In this document: piece after piece, positions 11,487 through 19,744 of the stretch
How the letters are laid out: every line of letters begins with the position of its first letter
How positions within the stretch are numbered: position 1 is the first letter of the stretch
Source of the DNA: Candidatus Dormiibacterota bacterium
GTDB taxonomy: Bacteria > Chloroflexota > Dormibacteria > Aeolococcales > Bog-877
Length of the DNA stretch: 64,000 bases
Assembly: GCA_963804565.1 (NCBI GenBank)
Contig: CAWDQV010000001.1
Span: 229,134 to 293,133, forward strand
Reading direction: 5' to 3'
Program-made: the position numbers and the translations under genes
The notes under the pieces: model-generated
Seen by the model: only the letters and a program-made list of their open reading frames with translations
Told to the model about the DNA's origin: nothing
The model's database searches: none

Positions 11487-12689
11487 ATGCTCTTGGGCTA
11501 CGGCCGAGACGGGGCGATCCGAGGCCGCCGAGTAGCGATCACGGGAGTCGGTGCGGTGAGCTACTGCGGCGTCGGCGCCCTGGCCCTCTGGAACGGTCTG
11601 ATTGGGGCCGAACCGTGTAGTCGAGATGCGGTGCCCGACTTCGACCCGTCTCGATGGCTCAATTCCAAGGAGGCGCGTCGCCTCGACCGCTTCACCCACT
11701 TTGCCGTGGCGGCGGGTCAGGAGGCCCTCGACGACGCAGGCGCCTTGGACGCCGATCCTGAGCGTTCCGGAGTGATCTTTGGTAGTGGGGCAGGCGGATT
11801 CACGACCCTGATCGACCAAGTCCGAGTATTCGACGCGGTCGGAGCCGGGCGGGTCTCTCCCTTCCTGATTCCCGCCCTCATGGGCAATGCCGCGGCTGCC
11901 AGCCTCTCGATGCGATTTGGTTGGAAAGGTCCCTCGGAGTCGATCACCACCGCCTGCGCATCAGGAACCCACGCGGTCGGCGCAGCGGCCCGGCTCATCG
12001 CCAGTGGGCGCTGCGACGTCGTTCTCGGCGGCGCCGCCGAAGCCTCGGCGCACGAGGTTGCCGCAGCTGCCTTTCAAAATATGAAGGCTCTCTCCCCCAG
12101 TGGGAACTCGAGGCCATTTGACCGCCGACGCGACGGTTTTGTCATGAGCGAAGGCGCCGGAGCCCTGGTTCTCGAGGACCTCGATCGCGCATTGGCCCGA
12201 CGGGCCCACATCTACGCTGAGATCACAGGGGCTGCCAGTACGGCGGACGCCTACCACATCACCGCCCCGCAGCCGGATGGGGACGGCGCTCTCGGCTGCA
12301 TGCAATTGGCCCTTCTTGACGCGGAGTTAGCTCCCCAGGATGTTTCGCATGTGAACGCCCACGGGACCTCTACCCCCCTCAACGATCTGGTCGAGGCGAG
12401 GGCGCTTCACCGGCTCTTTGGCGAGGTGGTCCCTCCGGTCACGGGAAACAAGGGTGTCACCGGCCACAGCTTCGCGGCTGCTGGTGCGATCGAGGCAGTG
12501 GCGGTCGCCCTCACTTTCAAGTCCGGCGTCATTCCTCCCACTGCCGGCTTCTCCGAAGCGGACCCGGAGATTCGGCTGGACGTGGTCCATCGAAGCCCGC
12601 GGCAATGGACGCCCGGACCGGTGCTGTCAAACTCCTTCGGATTCGGCGGGCACAACGGTTGCCTGGTGCTGGTTCCACCCCCAGCCTGA
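11487..12689 (+). CDS. fabF: Beta-ketoacyl-ACP synthase II-like condensing enzyme
   Basis: Cys-His-His triad in TACASG, NAHGTST and GHS, plus NSFGFGGHN. Confidence 0.88.
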   Translation: MLLGYGRDGAIRGRRVAITGVGAVSYCGVGALALWNGLIGAEPCSRDAVPDFDPSRWLNSKEARRLDRFTHFAVAAGQEALDDAGALDADPERSGVIFGSGAGGFTTLIDQVRVFDAVGAGRVSPFLIPALMGNAAAASLSMRFGWKGPSESITTACASGTHAVGAAARLIASGRCDVVLGGAAEASAHEVAAAAFQNMKALSPSGNSRPFDRRRDGFVMSEGAGALVLEDLDRALARRAHIYAEITGAASTADAYHITAPQPDGDGALGCMQLALLDAELAPQDVSHVNAHGTSTPLNDLVEARALHRLFGEVVPPVTGNKGVTGHSFAAAGAIEAVAVALTFKSGVIPPTAGFSEADPEIRLDVVHRSPRQWTPGPVLSNSFGFGGHNGCLVLVPPPA

Positions 12690-12746
12690 CCAGTCGGCTT
12701 AGCTGCTGAGGGGGAAGTGGCACTCGCCCGCGGTCAAGCCGGTGAC

Positions 12747-13532
12747 CTAATCGCGACGGCGGGCCAGATACAGGAAGGCTGTGTAGCTCTGATCCACGTG
12801 GCCACCGTGTCCAGCCATCGCGGAGGCGATGCCTTCCAGAAGGCGCTCCAGAGCCTTTGGCTGGAGAAGCCGGTGATTTGATTGGGTCCTGAGCAGCCCC
12901 AAGAACTGGTCGGTCGAGTAGGTGGTCAACCAAGGGAACTCCTCCCGACACAGGTCGACGAAGAGACCACTCCCGACAATCTCTGGTCGGTGGTCGTCCT
13001 CCGACTCACCGGGCACGCCCGGAACCAGCTCCGGAGCCTCGCGACGGTAAACCGCCCGCACCGCCTCCTCCAGATCCCTTTCGGTCGCATCCCAAGACGG
13101 CCGATTCCAGATCAGCCCGAGGCACCCGTCCGAGCCAAGCGCTTGGTGCGCCTTCTGGAATCTCATCTCCGGGCGTAGCCAGTGCCAGGCCTGCGCTGCC
13201 GTCACCAATCGAAACGGTTCCGGCGGCAGCGGCCAATCCTCGAAGGACGATTCCACCACCTGTGTGCCTACTCTGCCGGCCGTGTTGCTGGCGGCTATCC
13301 GCGCCATCTCAGGGCTGGGTTCCAACGCAGTCACCGCCAGCCCGCGAACCGCAAGCGGCACGGTGGCGCGTCCGGTTCCGCAACCAATCTCCAGCGCGCG
13401 GTCCCCCCGCGATAGCGACGCGAACTCGACAATCCGATCGAAGAGTGCGTCCGGGTACCCGGGTCGGTATCGCTCATACAGGTCGGCCACCTCTCCGAAG
13501 ACCAGCCGCTGCTCCCGACTTTGACCGGACAC
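12747..13532 (-). CDS. Class I SAM-dependent methyltransferase
   Basis: YERYRPGYP, LEIGCGTG, AQAWHW; the start is uncertain (GTG 13532 or ATG 13625). Confidence 0.88.
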   Translation of the reverse strand: MSGQSREQRLVFGEVADLYERYRPGYPDALFDRIVEFASLSRGDRALEIGCGTGRATVPLAVRGLAVTALEPSPEMARIAASNTAGRVGTQVVESSFEDWPLPPEPFRLVTAAQAWHWLRPEMRFQKAHQALGSDGCLGLIWNRPSWDATERDLEEAVRAVYRREAPELVPGVPGESEDDHRPEIVGSGLFVDLCREEFPWLTTYSTDQFLGLLRTQSNHRLLQPKALERLLEGIASAMAGHGGHVDQSYTAFLYLARRRD

Positions 13533-13720
13533 TCGATCCTCCAAGTGGCGGACTGACCGCGATTGTCCCGCTCCGGACAGACCCACCCGCGGAGGGCCGA
13601 GATCACCCGCAACGGGGGCTATCATGGAGGAGAGATCGCGAATTCCCGGCGACTCGGTGGGCGGCCGGATCCCTCGGGGCCGCTCCCGGCGGATGCGGGA
13701 ACAGCCAAGGGTGAGGTGCA

Positions 13721-14215
13721 GTGGACGTGATCGAGATGTCGGTGGACAGCATCCGGGTCCATATGCCCAGCGGTCAGCACGTCGTGGTGCTGAAGCAAAA
13801 GGACGCGGAGCGCTTCCTGCCGATCTGGGTTGGGATGGCAGAAGCCAACGCCATCGCCCTCAAGATCACCGGCATCAACCCCGACCGGCCGCAGCCGCAC
13901 GACCTGATGGTGAATATGCTCACCATGCTCGACGTCACGGTGAAGCGGGTCGTGGTGTCGGAACTCCGGGACGACACCTTCCACGCGCGGATCATCGGCG
14001 CTCGGGACGGCAAGGAGGTCGTCTTCGACGCCCGTCCCAGCGATGCCATCGCGGTGGCGGTTAGAGTCGAGTCGCCGATCTACGTGGTTGAGGAGGTTCT
14101 AGATCAGGCGGGAGTGCTTCCCGACAGCCAGTCCGATGACGGTAGTCGCCTGGAGGTCTTCCAGCAGATGGTCAACGACATGAACCTGCCCGACCTCGAC
14201 ACCCCCGACGCCTGA
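13721..14215 (+). CDS. Bifunctional nuclease family protein (DUF151)
   Basis: LPIWVGMAEANAI, RPQPHDL, DARPSDAIAVA; GAGG RBS. Confidence 0.92.
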   Translation: MDVIEMSVDSIRVHMPSGQHVVVLKQKDAERFLPIWVGMAEANAIALKITGINPDRPQPHDLMVNMLTMLDVTVKRVVVSELRDDTFHARIIGARDGKEVVFDARPSDAIAVAVRVESPIYVVEEVLDQAGVLPDSQSDDGSRLEVFQQMVNDMNLPDLDTPDA

Positions 14216-14227
14216 CCAGCCTCGGAG

Positions 14228-14310
14228 GCCAGCATGGCGGAATGGCAGACGCGGCGGTCTCAAAAACCGTTGAGCGCAAGCTCGTGAGGGTTCGACTCCC
14301 TCTGCTGGCA
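14228..14310 (+). tRNA. tRNA-Leu (anticodon CAA)
   Basis: Acceptor stem GCCAGCA/TGCTGGC, D loop with TGG, anticodon arm GCGGT-CTCAAAA-ACCGT, long variable arm GAGC-GCAA-GCTC, T arm GAGGG-TTCGACT-CCCTC. Confidence 0.96.
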
Positions 14311-14522
14311 CCCAAGGATGCAGCGACGCCCGAGCTAGCCAGCAGACCTCGTCTCTGCGACTGACAACCGCGAGGGAGCATCCAGGTGTGCGGCTAGGTC
14401 AGCCGCGCGCCCGCGAGGCGGGCGGCGACTCTAGGCACAGGCCGCCAACCGAGCCTCCGAGCCGGACCGCTTCGCCAGCACAAACCCTCGTAACTCACGC
14501 AGAGACGCGGGCTTCTACCTCT

Positions 14523-15137
14523 ATGAGGCAGTCGGCACGCGCAGTTGCCCGGGCCATGAGTGCGGCGATCCTTTTGACGGGGGCGGTAGTGGTCCTTTCT
14601 AGCTGTGGCGTTGGCCGTCCGGCACGAGTTCATCCGCCGACCGGATCAAGCGTCACCCCCAGCCCGGTGGCCGTGTCAACTCCCTCGCCGGTAGCGAGTC
14701 CGACTCCTCCGATTCTCCCTTGCGGCGCTGTGTCGATGAGCGCGGCGATGGGCTACTCCGACTCCAGCGCAGGCCATCTCGTGTATGCGGTTGTTTTGAG
14801 CAATGCAGGGAGTCAAACTTGCACGCTGGAAGGCTACCCAACCCTGACGCTTGAGGGCGGCGACAGCCCCATCTCCACGACGCAGATCGACGGGAATGAT
14901 GGCGTCACCTCGGTAAGCACCACACCGACTCTCCTCACCATCCCGATCGGAGGATCGGTGTCCTTCGTGCTCCAGTACAGCGATGTGCCCACCGGCACCG
15001 AGTCCTGTCCGACTGCCTCCTACCTCGATGTGCAGCTGCCGGGCGGGAGCATAGCCTCCCTCGTCCCGTCAGAGATCCAGGCTTGCGGCGGTGTAATCTA
15101 CGCCTCTCCGTTCCGCGCCGGCACCTCGCCGCCGTGA
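14523..15137 (+). CDS. Putative lipoprotein with a DUF4232-like domain
   Basis: Signal peptide with lipobox LSSC, Pro/Ser/Thr linker, and a domain containing VLSNAGSQTCTLEGYPTLTL and paired Cys. Confidence 0.75.
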   Translation: MRQSARAVARAMSAAILLTGAVVVLSSCGVGRPARVHPPTGSSVTPSPVAVSTPSPVASPTPPILPCGAVSMSAAMGYSDSSAGHLVYAVVLSNAGSQTCTLEGYPTLTLEGGDSPISTTQIDGNDGVTSVSTTPTLLTIPIGGSVSFVLQYSDVPTGTESCPTASYLDVQLPGGSIASLVPSEIQACGGVIYASPFRAGTSPP

Positions 15138-15353
15138 GGTCGATCTGGCCAAACAGCAATCGAGCCCCGGCCATCGTTGAGACTCCTCAGGAGCACCAGA
15201 GCGCCGAAGAGAAGCCAACTGGGCTTCGGCTGTGAGATGCGTCGGCCGTAGCGCATTGCTCCTGGGCCTGCGCTCGGCCGATCAGCCGACAGGACCGCAT
15301 CGGCCGCGCTCTTCTCAGATCGAAGTCAGTTGCTGTCAGGGACCGCACTGCCA

Positions 15354-15416
15354 GCGGGCGAACTCAAGAACCCCGAGCGGATGCTCGCGTGGGTTCGAAG
15401 CCCTCTGCTGCCACCC
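15354..15416 (+). repeat. Degenerate direct repeat of the tRNA-Leu 3' half (att-like remnant)
   Basis: 15375-15416 matches 14272-14313 at 35 of 42 positions without gaps; upstream CTCAAGAACC resembles the anticodon loop CTCAAAAACC. Confidence 0.8.
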
Positions 15417-15486
15417 CCCATCCGACCTCAAATTCTCCAACTGGCAGCCGCAGACGCCGTCGATCGCCGCTCGCTAGGAGCCCGCT

Positions 15487-15660
15487 CTACGGATCGAGGC
15501 TCTTGCAATCCTCACAACGGGTATAGCCGCCGGTACCCGGGCGACGATCTCCCTTCGGGATATCACTTCCGGGACCGCAGTCGCTCTGGTCATGCCACCG
15601 GCGCTCGCCGGCTGGCTTTGACTCCTCGTTCGCCGAGTGGTACGGGTCCACGTAGGCCAT
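15487..15660 (-). CDS. Small hypothetical protein (57 aa) with H-x4-C...CxxC motif
   Basis: GGGAGGG RBS before ATG 15660; MAYVDPYHS...WHDQSDC...GTGGYTRCEDCKSLDP. Confidence 0.7.
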   Translation of the reverse strand: MAYVDPYHSANEESKPAGERRWHDQSDCGPGSDIPKGDRRPGTGGYTRCEDCKSLDP

Positions 15661-15920
15661 GGCAATCCCTCCCGATTCCATGAACAGTCGCGTGGCGCCA
15701 GACTACTCCCGCGCAGCACCGGGCTGAGAATTTCCTCTGCAAATCCCCAAAATGGGCCGCTGCCGCCCACTCCGTGCCCCCCAACCCGGCTGTGCGCTGA
15801 TAGCCCGGCCGAGAAGCGGCGACCCACCACGAGCCGGGCATTGAGGTGCACTCCCCAGCCGAGCTCATCAGGGCCGCCGCACTGCCGGAGCGTACCCGAA
15901 CAGCCCGCTCTACGAGATCC

Positions 15921-16028
15921 TCATCCAGCGGTGGTGCCTGAGGCTCGGGCCATGGCGACACGCGACCGATTACCGCAGCAATCGCAGTCGCACTCACACG
16001 CTCCGTCTGGGCAGTCGCATACGTCCAT
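15921..16028 (-). CDS. Cys-rich small peptide, metallothionein-like (35 aa)
   Basis: Manual translation MDVCDCPDGACECDCDCCGNRSRVAMARASGTTAG; AGGAG 6 nt upstream; sigma70-type promoter upstream; divergent from an ArsR/SmtB gene. Confidence 0.75.
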   Translation of the reverse strand: MDVCDCPDGACECDCDCCGNRSRVAMARASGTTAG

Positions 16029-16038
16029 CACTCTCTCC

Positions 16039-16104
16039 TATATCGATGAGGGTCGATGTATACTGGCGTGATGGTAACCAATACATCGACGATTGTCAAC
16101 CTAT
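16039..16104. promoter_or_regulatory. Overlapping divergent promoters with two ArsR-type operator palindromes
   Basis: Minus strand TTGACA (16099-16094)-N17-TACCAT (16076-16071); plus strand TATACT (16059-16064); palindrome TATATCGA-N6-TCGATGTA (16039-16060); perfect 10-bp inverted repeat GTCGATGTAT (16052-16061) / ATACATCGAC (16081-16090). Confidence 0.7.
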
Positions 16105-16116
16105 ACGGGGGCCGCC

Positions 16117-16479
16117 TTGACCAACTCCACTAGCACCTCCGCTAAAGCAGAGACCCCAGAGCGAACTAAAGGTTGCTGCCAGTCGGTCGCCGCGCCACTT
16201 TCAGGCGACGAGGCCGACGAGTTGGCGGGGCTCTGGAGGGCGCTCGGGGACGCGACGCGCGTGCAAATTGTTCACATCTTGGCGGCCGCCACCGCGCCGG
16301 TTTGCGTCTGCGACTTCACCGCCGCCTTCGAGCTGGGGCAACCGACCATCAGCCACCATCTCGCCAAGCTCCGCGAGGCGGGCATCGTGACCGTCACCAG
16401 GCGCGGCCTGTGGTCTTTCTACCAGCTCAATCCTGAAATGTCTGATCGCGTCAGGCTCGCAGTTCAGCTAATTCCCTGA
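16117..16479 (+). CDS. ArsR/SmtB family metalloregulator
   Basis: ALGDATRVQIV, VCVCDF helix-3 motif, QPTISHHLAKLREAGIV and an N-terminal vicinal CC; start uncertain (16093 or 16117, or 16071 if a G-run indel is corrected). Confidence 0.92.
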   Translation: MTNSTSTSAKAETPERTKGCCQSVAAPLSGDEADELAGLWRALGDATRVQIVHILAAATAPVCVCDFTAAFELGQPTISHHLAKLREAGIVTVTRRGLWSFYQLNPEMSDRVRLAVQLIP

Positions 16480-16707
16480 TCTAACGGCAGTCGCATCGGC
16501 GAGGTAGCGGCGCACGGCGACTCCGGCCCAGATGATCTCAACAACTCCAAATGGCCATGCCCCGGCTAAGAACCCGTACGCGCTGGAGAGCAGGCACCCG
16601 CCGGCGAACGCCAGGACGAACCGTGGGCGTCGGCGCTCCAAGGCGTACATGACGACCATGAAAGACACGGCTGCTGCTCCAAAGGCGGTCAAGAGCATGG
16701 ATTCCAT
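16468..16707 (-). CDS. Small membrane protein (about 3 TM), hypothetical
   Basis: MESMLLTAFGAAAVSFMVVMYALERR...SAYGFLAGAWPFGVVEIIWAGVAVRR; hydrophobic segments bounded by Arg. Confidence 0.72.
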   Translation of the reverse strand: MESMLLTAFGAAAVSFMVVMYALERRRPRFVLAFAGGCLLSSAYGFLAGAWPFGVVEIIWAGVAVRRYLADATAVRSGN

Positions 16708-17044
16708 TCTGGGCCGCCACGAGGCTGCGGGCCGGCGTCGGGCGACGTCGTGGCAGAGACTGAACCGCGAGCTCGGCGCTGCACGGGAAGTGGCAAGCAT
16801 CGGAGGCGGGATACCCACCCTCGGCTGCTGGCCCGGCAGCGCAGCGAGCACTGCTCTGACACCGTAGATGGTACCGATCATCGGTAGCGGAGTCGGCGCG
16901 ACGTTCAACTCTTGGGCGATCAGTGCGCCAGCGGACCGACAGCGCCTGCCTAGTGACGCACACTCTGCCTGACGTCTGGAGAGTTGACCGGGACGCCAGC
17001 GCATGGGCGTGCGTCACACGGGTCGACCTCTTGGAGGGAACGTC

Positions 17045-17200
17045 ATGATCGTGCTGGGCGTCATTCTGCTTATCGTCGGATTCGTGGTCGCTATCCCCCT
17101 GATCACGACGGTGGGCCTGATTCTGGTAATTCTTGGCCTGGCTCTTTGGGTCCTGGGACGGATGGGACACCAAGTGGGAAGCCGTTCCCACTACTACTGA
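17045..17200 (+). CDS. Small 2-TM membrane protein, DUF6131-like
   Basis: GGAGG RBS; MIVLGVILLIVGF...LGRMGHQVGSRSHYY resembles the actinobacterial DUF6131 pattern as recalled. Confidence 0.75.
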   Translation: MIVLGVILLIVGFVVAIPLITTVGLILVILGLALWVLGRMGHQVGSRSHYY

Positions 17201-17274
17201 CGATCCGCGGCCACGGAGTCGGTCGCAAGGGTACGCAGTGGCGTGAGTGACTGAAGCCTCCCCCGCACACAACA

Positions 17275-17868
17275 GTGCCAATTGGAGCGCGTGATGAGTT
17301 CGAGGAAGAGCCCGGGGTCTCGTCAGCATTGACCGGCAAACTCCCATCCACAGCTGGCATTGCAGTAGAACCGGAGGTCGAGAGAAAGCCGGTTGCGGGT
17401 GAGATCACCGACCGGGCGTCGAGCCACCTGGTCAGCCTCTGGATCGATCTGATCAACCAGGTGGGCAGTGCCCAACCGCTGCCGCCAGTGGTCGCCAGCA
17501 GCGGTCTGACCCGGCACCAGCTCAGAGCACTCGACTGTCTGCAGGACCACCCACTGACCATGAAAGGTCTGGCCCGATGCCTCGGCATAACCATGGCAGC
17601 GGCGATCTCGACTTCAGAGTCCCTCATCGACGCTGGCGCGGTCGAACTCTACCTAGACGCTCTCGACGAACCTGTGCTCCGGGTGATCGCGACCCGAGTT
17701 GGTGTCCGCATCTCCCGCGAGCACCGGGCAACCCAGGTCGCCGCTCTGGAGCTGCTGCTGAATCAAATAGAGCCTGCTCGAAGAGCAATCCTCGCGCTGG
17801 CGATGCAGGACCTGGCCGCCTCGACGGAGCCGACCTGGACGGATTCACCACCCGGACTGCTCGCCTAG
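17275..17868 (+). CDS. MarR-like winged-helix protein (degenerate wing)
   Basis: LTRHQLRALDCL..LTMKGLARCLGIT..LIDAGAV pattern; start uncertain. Confidence 0.65.
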   Translation: MPIGARDEFEEEPGVSSALTGKLPSTAGIAVEPEVERKPVAGEITDRASSHLVSLWIDLINQVGSAQPLPPVVASSGLTRHQLRALDCLQDHPLTMKGLARCLGITMAAAISTSESLIDAGAVELYLDALDEPVLRVIATRVGVRISREHRATQVAALELLLNQIEPARRAILALAMQDLAASTEPTWTDSPPGLLA

Positions 17869-18361
17869 CACCCGATCAGCGAGCTGGCCTCGGGTCGCCG
17901 CTCGGGGCCACACGTTAGGCTGCACGATCCTGCTGACGCACCGTAAACCTCACCGCGCATTTCTATTCCCTACACTGCTGCCGGCGTCCGGGACACCTAG
18001 CTATGGCGACGGGGGGACCAGGCCTTCCGCTCCCGGACGCCCACTTATCCTCTCCAAATCTTTCCGTAGTTCCTAGTCCCACTATTGTCCCGGAGCAGGT
18101 ACTATGTCCGCGGGCGCCCGGGGTTGGAGGAGCCAGTGGTGGAGAGACCGCAGTTAGAGCGCGCCCCGGGTGCCTTGTCTCACGCCGTGACCACCACGGC
18201 CGAATCGCCCCTAAGCAGCGGGGAGTGACGCGCCGTACCGCCTGCTTGAGGTTTCTGACGGCCGGCTGACTTGGACCAAAGGCGTGGGCGTTCCATTCAG
18301 CAGATCGGCCACCACTCGCACCATGCCGACGCGCGGCTCACCTCGTGGGGTGTCGGCCCGG

Positions 18362-19744
18362 CTACGAAAGCGGGAGCGTGGGGGCGATGGCAGAGACACT
18401 TCCACCCGGCCGGTAGGACCCGATCCTGACACCCTGAGCGCGAAGCCTCTCCAGCCGGGCCTTAGCCGCTGGGGCCCACCAGTCGGTCGCGTGGTAGCGA
18501 TGGCCATTAATGAAGGCCTCTCCCATACTTGCCAGCAAGACGTCCTCAAGCCGGCTTAGCTGACCCCGGCGAATTCCCCAGACGGCGCGGCTCACCTTGT
18601 CATCGTCGTACGGTGCCAGGCATTCGTCGAGTTCGGCGAGATTCTGGAAGCCGAGCCTCTTCAGGAGCCTGGTAGTCCAGGAGTAACTCCACTCCGACAT
18701 CCGTCCATCAGGACCAAAGCGGCCATCTAGGTACACCGCCAGGGCATCGGGGGTGATCTCGACCCGATCCAGGTGCCCGAGCTCTATCAGTCGGCGCGCA
18801 TCTGTCCTGACCTTCCGGTCGTCATCAGCGATCGCCTGAAACTCTCGGTCGGCAATCTCCAATAACCCCGCCAGCGAGGTGAGGCGACTCCGAATAGCGG
18901 CCGGGATCGCCTCCACCGCCTTGTACTGGATGTCGCGCTCGATCTCTCCCCAGGCGTGCTGCAGGATGGTGCGCACCTGTACCTCGGTGGTCATCCCGGC
19001 AAACCGGGCGTATTCCGGAAGTGCCGATCGCGGAGCAGAAAATCGCACCAAGTAGTAAATGCTCGGGTAGCCGAGGTTCGCCTCCGGCCGCGGTGCGAAG
19101 CTCGGATCGCTCTTTTCCAGGACAGTGAATTCCCGCTCCACCACCTCGCAGACCTGCCGCGACGCCTGGGGAAGGAATGTGATCACCCGGACGCCAGACA
19201 GGTCAGTGATCTCTTCAAGCGGGTCCGCGTATTTGGGGGCAGAGGGGTCATCCGCTGATGGTCTCGAGGCCTTGGCCGCGAAACTGCTGACCTTCTTCGC
19301 CCGGGATTCGATGGAGTGAACTGAAACTCCCCTAGCTTCCAGCGCGGTTCCAAGCACCGCGTAGACCGCTCGGGCGCAGTCTTGGTATTGCGACTGAACT
19401 CGCTGGTAGGCATCGATGGCACCCCGTCGATGGGACTCGAAGTCGAACTCTGGCTCGGCGTCTTCGGGCGAGCCAAGGTCGAGCACCACCGCGTCTTCCC
19501 CCGCAGCCGCAGGAGGGACCGAGGCCTCCCAATGACCGTTCGGCTCAACGGGACGTGCCTCCTCGGGACTTCCACCCTGCAATTCCGGGGGCGGCGCATC
19601 CGGCGAGCCAGCTGCCAAGTCACCCGGGGACCAAGGCCAGGTGGACTCCGGTGTCGCCGAAGATTCTTGGGGGTTCGGTGCCGCTGGCTCGAGCCGCGGA
19701 TCGTCTTCTTCGGTGGCTGGCTCTGGTACTACCTCATCCGTCAT
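18362..19744 (-). CDS. RelA/SpoT synthetase-domain protein (small alarmone synthetase-like) with N- and C-terminal extensions
   Basis: SRAKKVSS, ITDLSGVRVI, GY, EVQVRTILQHAW..YK; no HD hydrolase, TGS or ACT domain recognisable. Confidence 0.85.
   Translation of the reverse strand: MTDEVVPEPATEEDDPRLEPAAPNPQESSATPESTWPWSPGDLAAGSPDAPPPELQGGSPEEARPVEPNGHWEASVPPAAAGEDAVVLDLGSPEDAEPEFDFESHRRGAIDAYQRVQSQYQDCARAVYAVLGTALEARGVSVHSIESRAKKVSSFAAKASRPSADDPSAPKYADPLEEITDLSGVRVITFLPQASRQVCEVVEREFTVLEKSDPSFAPRPEANLGYPSIYYLVRFSAPRSALPEYARFAGMTTEVQVRTILQHAWGEIERDIQYKAVEAIPAAIRSRLTSLAGLLEIADREFQAIADDDRKVRTDARRLIELGHLDRVEITPDALAVYLDGRFGPDGRMSEWSYSWTTRLLKRLGFQNLAELDECLAPYDDDKVSRAVWGIRRGQLSRLEDVLLASMGEAFINGHRYHATDWWAPAAKARLERLRAQGVRIGSYRPGGSVSAIAPTLPLS

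Noticed and set aside
15590-15997. ORF-track ORFs 15590-15997 (-), 15637-16071 (+) and 15474-15851 (-)
   Set aside because: No RBS or family signal; they overlap the better supported Cys-rich peptide and 57-aa ORF.
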